From the NCBI RefSeq assembly GCF_003334315.1, contig NZ_QOWR01000016.1: a stretch of 64,000 nt of DNA. The stretch is one strand, 5' to 3'. Of the stretch, positions 38,313-52,053 are shown piece by piece (within the stretch, counting starts at the first letter, position 1; every line of letters starts with the position of its first letter). The notes under the pieces are model-generated. The model did not search any database. It was given only the letters and a program-made list of their open reading frames with translations, and had not been told where the DNA came from. Origin of the DNA: Escherichia coli (GTDB lineage Bacteria; Pseudomonadota; Gammaproteobacteria; Enterobacterales; Enterobacteriaceae). The translations under genes and the position numbers were made by a program.

Positions 38313-40247
38313 ATGGCGAAAAACCTAATACTCTGGCTGGTCATTGCCGTTGTGCTGATGTCAGTATTCCAGAGCTTTGGGCCCAGCGAGTCTAATGGCC
38401 GTAAGGTGGATTACTCTACCTTCCTACAAGAGGTCAATAACGACCAGGTTCGTGAAGCGCGTATCAACGGACGTGAAATCAACGTTACCAAGAAAGATAG
38501 TAACCGTTATACCACTTACATTCCGGTTCAGGATCCGAAATTACTGGATAACCTGTTGACCAAGAACGTCAAGGTTGTCGGTGAACCGCCTGAAGAACCA
38601 AGCCTGCTGGCTTCTATCTTCATCTCCTGGTTCCCGATGCTGTTGCTGATTGGTGTCTGGATCTTCTTCATGCGTCAAATGCAGGGCGGCGGTGGCAAAG
38701 GTGCCATGTCGTTTGGTAAGAGCAAAGCGCGCATGTTGACGGAAGATCAGATCAAAACGACCTTTGCTGACGTTGCGGGCTGCGACGAAGCAAAAGAAGA
38801 AGTTGCTGAACTGGTTGAGTATCTGCGCGAGCCGAGCCGCTTCCAGAAACTCGGCGGTAAGATCCCGAAAGGCGTCCTGATGGTCGGTCCTCCGGGTACC
38901 GGTAAAACGCTGCTGGCGAAAGCGATTGCAGGCGAAGCGAAAGTTCCGTTCTTTACTATCTCCGGTTCTGACTTCGTAGAAATGTTCGTCGGTGTGGGTG
39001 CATCCCGTGTTCGTGACATGTTCGAACAGGCGAAGAAAGCGGCACCGTGCATCATCTTTATCGATGAAATCGACGCCGTAGGCCGCCAGCGTGGCGCTGG
39101 TCTGGGCGGTGGTCACGATGAACGTGAACAGACTCTGAACCAGATGCTGGTTGAGATGGATGGCTTCGAAGGTAACGAAGGTATCATCGTTATCGCCGCG
39201 ACTAACCGTCCGGACGTTCTCGACCCGGCCCTGCTGCGTCCTGGCCGTTTCGACCGTCAGGTTGTGGTTGGCTTGCCAGATGTTCGCGGTCGTGAGCAGA
39301 TCCTGAAAGTTCACATGCGTCGCGTACCATTGGCACCCGATATCGACGCGGCAATCATTGCCCGTGGTACTCCTGGTTTCTCCGGTGCTGACCTGGCGAA
39401 CCTGGTGAACGAAGCGGCACTGTTCGCTGCTCGTGGCAACAAACGCGTTGTGTCGATGGTTGAGTTCGAGAAAGCGAAAGACAAAATCATGATGGGTGCG
39501 GAACGTCGCTCCATGGTGATGACGGAAGCGCAGAAAGAATCAACGGCTTACCACGAAGCGGGTCATGCGATTATCGGTCGCCTGGTGCCGGAACACGATC
39601 CGGTGCACAAAGTGACGATTATCCCACGCGGTCGTGCGCTGGGTGTGACTTTCTTCTTGCCTGAGGGCGACGCAATCAGCGCCAGCCGTCAGAAACTGGA
39701 AAGCCAGATTTCTACGCTGTACGGTGGTCGTCTGGCAGAAGAGATCATCTACGGGCCGGAACATGTTTCTACCGGTGCGTCCAACGATATTAAAGTTGCG
39801 ACCAACCTGGCACGTAACATGGTGACTCAGTGGGGCTTCTCTGAGAAATTGGGTCCACTGCTGTACGCGGAAGAAGAAGGTGAAGTGTTCCTCGGCCGTA
39901 GCGTAGCGAAAGCGAAACATATGTCCGATGAAACTGCACGTATCATCGACCAGGAAGTGAAAGCACTGATTGAGCGTAACTATAATCGTGCGCGTCAGCT
40001 TCTGACCGACAATATGGATATTCTGCATGCGATGAAAGATGCTCTCATGAAATATGAGACTATCGACGCACCGCAGATTGATGACCTGATGGCACGTCGC
40101 GATGTACGTCCGCCAGCGGGCTGGGAAGAACCAGGCGCTTCTAACAATTCTGGCGACAATGGTAGTCCAAAGGCTCCTCGTCCGGTTGATGAACCGCGTA
40201 CGCCGAACCCGGGTAACACCATGTCAGAGCAGTTAGGCGACAAGTAA
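38313..40247 (+). CDS. ftsH: ATP-dependent zinc metalloprotease FtsH (AAA+)
   Basis: Track ORF starts TTG 38304 (MSDMAKNL); ATG 38313 gives 644 aa; Walker A GPPGTGKT, Walker B IIFIDEID, zinc motif HEAGH; AAGAGG SD is 9 nt from the TTG and 18 nt from the ATG, so start uncertain by 3 codons. Confidence 0.93.
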
Positions 40248-40281
40248 GTTCCCGCATCAGATGACTGTATTTGTACCGAAA

Positions 40282-40310
40282 ACCCCGGGGCGTGCTCCGG
40301 GGTTTTTTCT
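40282..40310 (+). terminator. intrinsic terminator after ftsH
   Basis: ccccgg ggcgtgct ccgggg stem followed by tttttt (40303-40308). Confidence 0.7.
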
Positions 40311-40336
40311 TATCAATTCATACCAGGGATAACATC

Positions 40337-41185
40337 ATGAAACTCTTTGCCCAGGGTACTTCACTGGACCTTAGCCATCCTCACGTAATGGGGATCCTCA
40401 ACGTCACGCCTGATTCCTTTTCGGATGGTGGCACGCATAACTCGCTGATAGATGCGGTGAAACATGCGAATCTGATGATCAACGCTGGCGCGACGATCAT
40501 TGACGTTGGTGGCGAGTCCACGCGCCCAGGGGCGGCGGAAGTTAGCGTTGAAGAAGAGTTGCAACGTGTTATTCCTGTGGTTGAGGCAATTGCTCAACGC
40601 TTCGAAGTCTGGATCTCGGTAGATACATCCAAACCAGAAGTCATCCGTGAGTCAGCGAAAGTTGGCGCTCACATTATTAATGATATCCGCTCCCTTTCCG
40701 AACCTGGCGCTCTGGAGGCGGCTGCAGAAACCGGTTTACCGGTTTGTCTGATGCATATGCAGGGAAATCCAAAAACCATGCAGGAAGCTCCGAAGTATGA
40801 CGATGTCTTTGCAGAAGTGAATCGCTACTTTATTGAGCAAATAGCACGTTGCGAGCAGGCGGGTATCGCAAAAGAGAAATTGTTGCTCGACCCCGGATTC
40901 GGTTTCGGTAAAAATCTCTCCCATAACTATTCATTACTGGCGCGCCTGGCTGAATTTCACCATTTCAACCTGCCGCTGTTGGTAGGTATGTCACGAAAAT
41001 CGATGATTGGGCAGCTGCTGAACGTGGGGCCGTCCGAGCGCCTGAGCGGTAGTCTGGCCTGTGCGGTCATTGCCGCAATGCAAGGCGCGCACATTATTCG
41101 TGTTCATGACGTCAAAGAAACCGTAGAAGCGATGCGGGTGGTGGAAGCCACTCTGTCTGCAAAGGAAAACAAACGCTATGAGTAA
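40337..41185 (+). CDS. folP: dihydropteroate synthase
   Basis: Track ORF 40271..41185 begins at a TTG inside the ftsH terminator; ATG 40337 ([32 protein letters not shown], 282 aa) with AGGGA 7 nt upstream. Confidence 0.93.
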
Positions 41186-42515
41186 TCGTAAATATTTCGG
41201 TACCGATGGGATTCGTGGTCGTGTAGGGGATGCGCCGATCACACCTGATTTTGTGCTTAAGCTGGGTTGGGCCGCGGGTAAAGTGCTGGCGCGCCACGGC
41301 TCCCGTAAGATCATTATTGGTAAAGACACGCGTATTTCTGGCTATATGCTGGAGTCAGCACTGGAAGCGGGTCTGGCGGCAGCGGGCCTTTCCGCACTCT
41401 TCACTGGCCCGATGCCAACACCGGCCGTGGCTTATCTGACGCGTACCTTCCGCGCAGAGGCCGGAATTGTGATATCTGCATCGCATAACCCGTTCTACGA
41501 TAATGGCATTAAATTCTTCTCTATCGACGGCACCAAACTGCCGGATGCGGTAGAAGAGGCCATCGAAGCGGAAATGGAAAAGGAGATCAGCTGCGTTGAT
41601 TCGGCAGAACTGGGTAAAGCCAGCCGTATCGTTGATGCCGCGGGTCGCTATATCGAGTTTTGCAAAGCCACGTTCCCGAACGAACTTAGCCTCAGTGAAC
41701 TGAAGATTGTGGTGGATTGTGCAAACGGTGCGACTTATCACATCGCGCCGAACGTGCTGCGCGAACTGGGGGCGAACGTTATCGCTATCGGTTGTGAGCC
41801 AAACGGTGTAAACATCAATGCCGAAGTGGGGGCTACCGACGTTCGCGCGCTCCAGGCTCGTGTGCTGGCTGAAAAAGCGGATCTCGGTATTGCCTTCGAC
41901 GGCGATGGCGATCGCGTGATTATGGTTGACCATGAAGGCAATAAAGTCGATGGCGATCAGATCATGTATATCATCGCGCGTGAAGGTCTTCGTCAGGGCC
42001 AGCTGCGTGGTGGCGCTGTGGGTACATTGATGAGCAACATGGGGCTTGAACTGGCGCTGAAACAGTTAGGAATTCCATTTGCGCGCGCGAAAGTGGGTGA
42101 CCGCTACGTACTGGAAAAAATGCAGGAGAAAGGCTGGCGTATCGGTGCAGAGAATTCCGGTCATGTGATCCTGCTGGATAAAACTACTACCGGTGACGGC
42201 ATCGTTGCTGGCTTGCAGGTGCTGGCGGCTATGGCACGTAACCATATGAGCCTGCACGACCTTTGCAGCGGCATGAAAATGTTCCCGCAGATTCTGGTTA
42301 ACGTACGTTACACCGCAGGTAGCGGCGATCCACTTGAGCATGAGTCAGTTAAAGCCGTGACCGCAGAGGTTGAAGCTGCGCTGGGCAACCGTGGACGCGT
42401 GTTGCTGCGTAAATCCGGCACCGAACCGTTAATTCGCGTGATGGTGGAAGGCGAAGACGAAGCGCAGGTGACTGAATTTGCACACCGCATCGCCGATGCA
42501 GTAAAAGCCGTTTAA
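41178..42515 (+). CDS. glmM: phosphoglucosamine mutase
   Basis: 445-aa ORF; phosphoserine loop ISASHNP; overlaps folP end by 8 nt. Confidence 0.97.
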
Positions 42516-42535
42516 AGCGTTAGATAACTGGCTAA

Positions 42536-42560
42536 AAAGGCGGCGATTGTCGCCTTTTTT
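42536..42560 (+). terminator. intrinsic terminator after glmM
   Basis: aaaaaggcggcgattgtcgcctttttt: GC stem flanked by A-run and T6. Confidence 0.6.
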
Positions 42561-42742
42561 CTCAGCGAACACATCGGTTTTGCTGTTTTTTTCCGCAGTT
42601 GATACAATGCGATAAAATTGCCCTTGCGAAGGTCATTCGCTTTGGTTAGTATTCACACCCGCTTCAGTGGGAAAGATTAAAAACTCCCGCTTTATTGGTT
42701 GAAGCATTGGTACGCGGCAACTCCGCAAGGAACAGGTTGATT

Positions 42743-43075
42743 ATGTACGAAGCTCTTTTAGTAGTTTTCCTTATTGTGGCAATTGGCCTTGTTGGTCTGA
42801 TCATGCTGCAGCAAGGTAAAGGCGCTGATATGGGAGCCTCCTTCGGAGCAGGCGCTTCCGCTACGCTGTTTGGTTCAAGTGGTTCTGGTAACTTCATGAC
42901 CCGCATGACGGCGCTGCTGGCAACGTTATTCTTCATCATCAGTCTGGTGCTGGGTAACATCAATAGCAACAAAACCAATAAAGGTAGCGAATGGGAAAAT
43001 CTGAGTGCACCGGTGAAAACCGAACAAACTCAACCAGCTGCTCCGGCTAAGCCGACCAGCGATATCCCGAACTAA
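42743..43075 (+). CDS. secG: protein translocase subunit SecG
   Basis: Track ORF from TTG 42695; ATG 42743 (MYEALLVVFLIVAIGLVGLIMLQQGKGAD..., 110 aa) with AAGGAACAGG SD. Confidence 0.93.
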   Translation: MYEALLVVFLIVAIGLVGLIMLQQGKGADMGASFGAGASATLFGSSGSGNFMTRMTALLATLFFIISLVLGNINSNKTNKGSEWENLSAPVKTEQTQPAAPAKPTSDIPN

Positions 43076-43089
43076 AAAGTAGTATCCGT

Positions 43090-43176
43090 GCCGAGGTGGT
43101 GGAATTGGTAGACACGCTACCTTGAGGTGGTAGTGCCCAATAGGGCTTACGGGTTCAAGTCCCGTCCTCGGTACCA
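43090..43176 (+). tRNA. leuU: tRNA-Leu (anticodon GAG)
   Basis: 87-nt GCCGAGGTGGTGGAATTGGTAGACACG...GGGTTCAAGTCCCGTCCTCGGTACCA with long variable arm and encoded CCA; 15 nt after secG stop. Confidence 0.95.
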
Positions 43177-43186
43177 AATTCCAGAA

Positions 43187-43218
43187 AAGAGACGCTGAAA
43201 AGCGTCTTTTTTCGTTTT
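43187..43218 (+). terminator. intrinsic terminator after leuU
   Basis: aagagacgct gaaa agcgtctttt stem with GAAA tetraloop, followed by T-rich run. Confidence 0.7.
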
Positions 43219-43634
43219 GGTCCTGGTCTGAGGAATGGTTGTCAGGTATCTGTATCTCGTCCAGTTGCTTTACTCGTAGCTGGTACCTTGAAACGATGGT
43301 GCCGGTACGCCTTAGTTATAAACTTTTCCCTTCTGCTGACATAATTGGCACTTTATTGTGTCAACTCCAGTTCCGGTACGAATACGGATATGTTTACTTC
43401 TCGATAAACCATCCTGCTCCTGTCAGTATAACTACTGATGGCTACGTTCTGCGTAATGTTTAGAGACGCATTGATAATGTTATTTAATTACTGAGAACGC
43501 AATGGCCGCATCATTTAAAAAGAAAAAACTAACAGTGTTTCGGTCTGATATGGATCAGAGTTGAAAAACATGTCTGATATAAAATTAAACATTGTTGATA
43601 ATTGTTTATATTGGTTGTGAACTTGGATTTCTGG

Positions 43635-45260
43635 ATGACAGTATTCAACAAATTTGCTAGAACTTTTAAATCTCATTGGTTGTTGTATCTTTGTGTTATT
43701 GTTTTTGGTATTACGAACTTAGTCGCTTCTTCCGGAGCGCATATGGTTCAGCGCTTGCTGTTCTTCGTTCTGACCATCCTGGTTGTAAAACGTATATCAT
43801 CCCTTCCGCTTCGCCTGCTTGTTGCCGCACCATTTGTGTTACTGACTGCGGCAGACATGAGTATTAGCCTCTATTCATGGTGTACCTTTGGTACAACTTT
43901 CAATGATGGATTTGCGATTAGTGTGCTCCAGAGTGATCCGGATGAAGTTGTCAAAATGCTGGGGATGTATATCCCTTATCTATGTGCCTTTGCTTTTTTA
44001 TCCCTTCTTTTTTTGGCAGTAATAATAAAATATGATGTTTCCTTGCCGACAAAAAAAGTGACAGGAATATTATTGCTGATTGTCATTTCGGGCAGTTTAT
44101 TTTCCGCTTGTCAATTTGCTTATAAAGATGCAAAAAATAAAAAAGCGTTCAGTCCATATATACTAGCGTCGCGATTTGCTACCTATACGCCGTTTTTCAA
44201 TCTCAACTATTTTGCTTTAGCAGCGAAAGAGCATCAAAGATTACTCTCAATTGCAAACACGGTGCCGTATTTTCAATTATCAGTCAGGGATACAGGTATT
44301 GATACCTACGTGTTGATTGTGGGGGAGTCTGTACGTGTCGACAATATGTCTTTGTATGGATATACACGCTCTACGACACCGCAAGTTGAAGCACAAAGAA
44401 AACAGATCAAACTGTTTAATCAAGCAATAAGCGGCGCACCTTACACTGCGCTGTCGGTTCCCCTTTCTTTAACTGCTGATTCTGTTTTGAGTCATGACAT
44501 TCATAATTACCCCGACAACATTATTAATATGGCTAATCAAGCAGGATTTCAGACTTTCTGGCTAAGCTCGCAATCCGCTTTTCGGCAGAATGGTACAGCA
44601 GTTACCAGTATCGCCATGCGCGCCATGGAAACAGTTTATGTCAGAGGATTTGATGAATTGTTGTTGCCGCATTTATCGCAAGCATTACAGCAAAATACGC
44701 AGCAAAAGAAACTGATTGTTCTTCATTTAAATGGAAGCCATGAACCGGCTTGTAGCGCCTATCCGCAATCCAGCGCCGTGTTTCAACCGCAGGACGATCA
44801 GGATGCCTGCTATGACAACTCCATTCATTACACAGATAGTTTGCTAGGTCAGGTTTTTGAATTATTAAAAGATCGCCGCGCCTCGGTCATGTATTTTGCC
44901 GACCACGGCCTGGAACGTGACCCTACGAAGAAGAACGTCTATTTTCATGGAGGCAGGGAGGCTAGCCAGCAGGCATATCATGTCCCGATGTTTATCTGGT
45001 ATAGCCCCGTTCTTGGGGATGGCGTGGATCGCACAACGGAAAACAACATCTTTTCGACAGCTTACAATAATTACCTTATTAATGCGTGGATGGGGGTAAC
45101 AAAGCCGGAACAGCCGCAAACGCTTGAGGAAGTGATTGCACACTATAAAGGAGACTCACGGGTTGTGGATGCAAACCATGATGTTTTCGATTATGTGATG
45201 CTCAGAAAGGAGTTTACAGAGGATAAGCAAGGTAACCCCACCCCTGAAGGGCAGGGTTGA
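43635..45260 (+). CDS. yhbX: inner-membrane sulfatase-family protein, putative phosphoethanolamine transferase (EptA/OpgE-like)
   Basis: Track ORF 43602..45260 from TTG; first ATG 43635 (MTVFNKFARTFKSHWLLYLCVIVFG..., 541 aa); N-terminal TM helices then hydrolase domain; visibly AT-rich. Confidence 0.85.
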   Translation: MTVFNKFARTFKSHWLLYLCVIVFGITNLVASSGAHMVQRLLFFVLTILVVKRISSLPLRLLVAAPFVLLTAADMSISLYSWCTFGTTFNDGFAISVLQSDPDEVVKMLGMYIPYLCAFAFLSLLFLAVIIKYDVSLPTKKVTGILLLIVISGSLFSACQFAYKDAKNKKAFSPYILASRFATYTPFFNLNYFALAAKEHQRLLSIANTVPYFQLSVRDTGIDTYVLIVGESVRVDNMSLYGYTRSTTPQVEAQRKQIKLFNQAISGAPYTALSVPLSLTADSVLSHDIHNYPDNIINMANQAGFQTFWLSSQSAFRQNGTAVTSIAMRAMETVYVRGFDELLLPHLSQALQQNTQQKKLIVLHLNGSHEPACSAYPQSSAVFQPQDDQDACYDNSIHYTDSLLGQVFELLKDRRASVMYFADHGLERDPTKKNVYFHGGREASQQAYHVPMFIWYSPVLGDGVDRTTENNIFSTAYNNYLINAWMGVTKPEQPQTLEEVIAHYKGDSRVVDANHDVFDYVMLRKEFTEDKQGNPTPEGQG

Positions 45261-45267
45261 TGTCGAA

Positions 45268-46626
<1,359 letters not shown>

Positions 46627-46662
46627 TTAATTAACTGATGATGAGCCTGGATTTCCGCTCTC

Positions 46663-46701
46663 ACTGAATTTTTATGCAAAATAAATGAGTTTTCATTTAA
46701 T
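46663..46701 (-). promoter_or_regulatory. ArgR operator: two ARG boxes separated by 3 bp, upstream of argG
   Basis: acTGAATttttATgCAaa (46663-46680) and aaTGAgTtttcATTtAat (46684-46701) versus consensus wnTGAATwwwwATTCAnw. Confidence 0.6.
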
Positions 46702-46836
46702 CATCTTTTATCGGAGACAGGAAGAGTTTAGTGTGTTTTTTGTAAAATAATGCGCTTAAGGGAGAGCAGGAGAAGGCAAAAGTATTCAACAAATGAAAGT
46801 GAACTGGATATTCATTCACATGATTAGCAATAAACG

Positions 46837-46866
46837 TTGACAAAATGTGGCGTGGATCACTATAAT
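46837..46866 (+). promoter_or_regulatory. sigma70 promoter upstream of metY (-35 TTGACA, 18-bp spacer, -10 TATAAT)
   Basis: Perfect consensus hexamers TTGACA 46837-46842 and TATAAT 46861-46866. Confidence 0.5.
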
Positions 46867-46914
46867 GCCTGCAGATTTTACGTCCCGTCTCGGTACACCA
46901 AATCCCAGCAGTAT

Positions 46915-46943
46915 TTGCATTTTTTACCCAAAACGAGTAGAAT
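46915..46943 (+). promoter_or_regulatory. proximal metY promoter (-35 TTGCAT, 17-bp spacer, -10 TAGAAT)
   Basis: TTGCAT 46915-46920, TAGAAT 46938-46943, about 15 nt before the mature tRNA 5' end. Confidence 0.5.
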
Positions 46944-46958
46944 TTGCCACGTTTCAGG

Positions 46959-47035
<77 letters not shown>

Positions 47036-47157
47036 CTTTCCCTTAGAGTCCTTTTTCAAATATACTGTGAAGACTTCGGCCTTCGTAGTGGGATTTGAAA
47101 AAATCCTTCTGGAAAGTGCTCCAGACCGCAGTTGCGGTTATAGGGTTCAGTTATATA

Positions 47158-47183
47158 AAGCCCCGATTTATCGGGGTTTTTTG
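47158..47183 (+). terminator. intrinsic terminator downstream of metY (before rimP-nusA-infB)
   Basis: agccccga ttta tcgggg stem followed by ttttttg. Confidence 0.65.
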
Positions 47184-47241
47184 TTATCTGACTACAGAAT
47201 AACTGGGCTTTAGGCCCTTTTTTTATGTCTTGGGGGTGGGC

Positions 47242-47694
47242 TTGTCCACATTAGAGCAAAAATTAACAGAGATGATTACTGCGCCAGTTGAGGCCCTGGG
47301 TTTTGAACTGGTTGGCATCGAATTTATTCGCGGTCGCACATCCACACTGCGCATCTATATTGATAGTGAAGATGGCATCAATGTTGATGATTGTGCTGAT
47401 GTGAGCCACCAGGTAAGTGCTGTGCTGGATGTTGAAGATCCCATCACCGTTGCTTATAACCTGGAAGTCTCCTCACCGGGTCTCGATCGCCCACTGTTCA
47501 CGGCTGAACACTACGCCCGTTTTGTCGGAGAAGAGGTGACTCTGGTTCTCCGTATGGCGGTACAAAACCGTCGTAAATGGCAGGGCGTTATCAAAGCGGT
47601 AGACGGTGAAATGATCACAGTTACCGTCGAAGGTAAAGATGAAGTGTTCGCGCTGAGTAATATCCAGAAGGCGAACCTGGTTCCCCACTTTTAA
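47242..47694 (+). CDS. rimP: ribosome maturation factor RimP
   Basis: Track ORF from TTG 47230; the RimP N-terminus [17 protein letters not shown] (150 aa) requires TTG 47242 as start; GGGGGTGGG purine run just upstream; no in-frame ATG available. Confidence 0.85.
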
Positions 47695-47721
47695 TAGTCT
47701 GGATGAGGTGAAAAGCCCGCG

Positions 47722-49209
<1,488 letters not shown>

Positions 49210-49233
49210 TAAACTGTAGCAGGAAGGAACAGC

Positions 49234-51906
49234 ATGACAGATGTAACGATTAAAACGCTGGCCGCAGAGCGACAGACCTCCGTGGAACGCCTGGTACAGC
49301 AATTTGCTGATGCAGGTATCCGGAAGTCTGCTGACGACTCTGTGTCTGCACAAGAGAAACAGACTTTGATTGACCACCTGAATCAGAAAAATTCAGGCCC
49401 GGACAAATTGACGCTGCAACGTAAAACACGCAGCACCCTTAACATTCCTGGTACCGGTGGAAAAAGCAAATCGGTACAAATCGAAGTCCGCAAGAAACGC
49501 ACCTTTGTGAAACGCGATCCGCAAGAGGCTGAACGCCTTGCAGCGGAAGAGCAAGCGCAGCGTGAAGCGGAAGAGCAAGCCCGTCGTGAGGCAGAAGAAT
49601 CGGCTAAACGCGAGGCGCAACAAAAAGCTGAACGTGAGGCCGCAGAACAAGCTAAGCGTGAAGCTGCTGAACAAGCGAAACGTGAAGCTGCGGAAAAAGA
49701 CAAAGTGAGCAATCAACAAGACGATATGACTAAAAACGCCCAGGCTGAAAAAGCCCGCCGTGAGCAGGAAGCTGCAGAGCTCAAGCGTAAAGCTGAAGAA
49801 GAAGCGCGTCGTAAACTCGAAGAAGAAGCACGTCGCGTTGCTGAAGAAGCACGTCGTATGGCGGAAGAAAACAAATGGACTGATAACGCGGAACCGACTG
49901 AAGATTCCAGCGATTATCACGTCACTACTTCTCAACATGCTCGCCAGGCAGAAGACGAAAGCGATCGTGAAGTCGAAGGCGGCCGTGGCCGTGGTCGTAA
50001 CGCGAAAGCAGCGCGTCCGAAGAAAGGCAACAAACACGCTGAATCAAAAGCTGATCGTGAAGAAGCACGCGCAGCAGTACGTGGCGGTAAAGGCGGAAAA
50101 CGTAAAGGTTCTTCGCTGCAGCAAGGCTTCCAGAAGCCTGCTCAGGCCGTTAACCGTGACGTTGTGATCGGCGAAACTATCACCGTTGGCGAACTGGCGA
50201 ACAAGATGGCGGTTAAAGGCTCTCAGGTCATCAAAGCGATGATGAAACTGGGCGCAATGGCAACCATCAACCAGGTTATCGATCAGGAAACCGCACAGCT
50301 GGTTGCTGAAGAGATGGGCCATAAAGTTATCCTGCGTCGTGAAAACGAGCTGGAAGAGGCGGTAATGAGCGACCGTGACACGGGTGCTGCGGCTGAACCG
50401 CGCGCGCCGGTTGTGACCATCATGGGTCACGTTGACCACGGTAAAACCTCTCTGCTGGACTACATTCGTTCAACGAAAGTGGCCTCTGGCGAAGCGGGCG
50501 GCATTACCCAGCACATTGGTGCATACCACGTTGAAACTGAAAACGGCATGATCACCTTCCTGGACACCCCGGGGCACGCCGCGTTTACTTCAATGCGTGC
50601 TCGTGGTGCGCAGGCAACGGACATCGTAGTCCTGGTTGTTGCTGCCGACGACGGTGTGATGCCGCAGACCATCGAAGCAATCCAGCACGCGAAAGCGGCG
50701 CAGGTACCGGTGGTGGTTGCAGTGAACAAGATCGATAAACCAGAAGCTGATCCGGATCGCGTTAAGAACGAACTCTCCCAGTACGGCATCCTGCCGGAAG
50801 AGTGGGGCGGTGAAAGCCAGTTCGTACACGTATCTGCGAAAGCGGGTACCGGTATCGATGAACTGCTGGACGCTATCCTGCTGCAGGCGGAAGTTCTGGA
50901 GCTGAAAGCGGTACGTAAAGGTATGGCGAGCGGTGCGGTTATCGAATCCTTCCTCGATAAAGGTCGTGGTCCGGTTGCTACCGTTCTGGTACGTGAAGGT
51001 ACTCTGCACAAGGGCGATATCGTTCTGTGTGGCTTCGAATACGGTCGTGTTCGTGCGATGCGTAACGAACTGGGTCAGGAAGTGCTGGAAGCGGGTCCGT
51101 CCATTCCGGTGGAAATCCTCGGCCTGTCCGGCGTACCGGCTGCGGGTGATGAAGTTACCGTTGTACGTGACGAGAAGAAAGCGCGTGAAGTTGCACTCTA
51201 TCGTCAGGGTAAATTCCGCGAAGTTAAACTGGCGCGTCAGCAGAAATCTAAACTCGAGAACATGTTCGCCAACATGACCGAAGGCGAAGTTCACGAAGTG
51301 AATATCGTCCTGAAGGCAGACGTACAGGGTTCTGTCGAAGCGATCTCCGACTCCTTGCTGAAACTGTCTACTGACGAAGTTAAAGTGAAGATCATCGGTT
51401 CTGGCGTAGGTGGTATCACCGAAACCGACGCCACCCTGGCTGCGGCGTCCAACGCCATCCTGGTTGGCTTTAACGTACGTGCTGATGCCTCTGCACGTAA
51501 AGTGATTGAAGCGGAAAGCCTGGATCTGCGTTACTACTCCGTCATCTATAACCTGATTGACGAAGTGAAAGCGGCGATGAGCGGTATGCTGTCTCCGGAA
51601 CTGAAACAGCAGATTATCGGTCTGGCGGAAGTTCGTGACGTGTTCAAATCGCCGAAATTTGGTGCCATCGCAGGCTGTATGGTTACCGAAGGTGTGGTTA
51701 AACGTCACAACCCGATCCGCGTTCTGCGTGACAACGTGGTTATCTACGAAGGCGAGCTGGAGTCCCTGCGCCGCTTCAAAGATGACGTTAACGAAGTCCG
51801 TAACGGTATGGAATGTGGTATCGGCGTTAAGAACTACAACGACGTCCGCACTGGCGATGTGATCGAAGTATTCGAAATCATCGAGATCCAACGTACCATT
51901 GCTTAA
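49234..51906 (+). CDS. infB: translation initiation factor IF-2
   Basis: 890-aa ORF; G-domain motifs [18 protein letters not shown]; AGGAAGGA SD; in-frame internal starts GTG 49705 and ATG 49726. Confidence 0.97.
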
Positions 51907-51923
51907 GGTTTTTAGGGTTCCAT

Positions 51924-51993
51924 GCGGGATAAGGCGTTTACGCTGCATCCGGCATGGATTGCCTGATGTGACGCTGGCGCGTCTTATCAGGTC
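51924..51993. repeat. REP/BIME pair between infB and rbfA
   Basis: gcgggataaggcgtttacgctgcatccggca (51924-51954) and gcctgatgtgacgctggcgcgtcttatcaggtc (51961-51993), REP palindromes in opposite orientation. Confidence 0.55.
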
Positions 51994-52027
51994 AACGTGA
52001 ACAGCCCTTCCACCTGAAATTAATTTT

Positions 52028-52053
52028 AAAAAGGGGCTAACAGCCCCTTTTTT
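52028..52053 (+). terminator. intrinsic terminator/attenuator between infB and rbfA
   Basis: aaaaa ggggct aaca agcccc tttttt. Confidence 0.6.

Noticed and set aside
40271-40336. N-terminal extensions of track ORFs for folP, hpf, deaD, secG, mlaB, yrbL, kdsD, rbfA, rplU, ibaG, ptsN, lptA, ubiU
   Set aside because: Extensions start at TTG/GTG or unsupported ATG codons without SD and run through terminators or upstream gene ends (e.g. folP extension begins inside the ftsH terminator hairpin); internal ATGs with SD give the expected N-termini
43239-43463. 74-aa plus-strand ORF in the leuU-yhbX spacer
   Set aside because: AT-rich non-coding-looking sequence, no SD, no recognisable domain; likely chance ORF in promoter DNA
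43090-45260. tRNA-linked genomic island with mobility genes at leuU
   Set aside because: No integrase, transposase or flanking direct repeat of the tRNA 3' end could be found; only the compositional anomaly of yhbX remains (reported as a finding)
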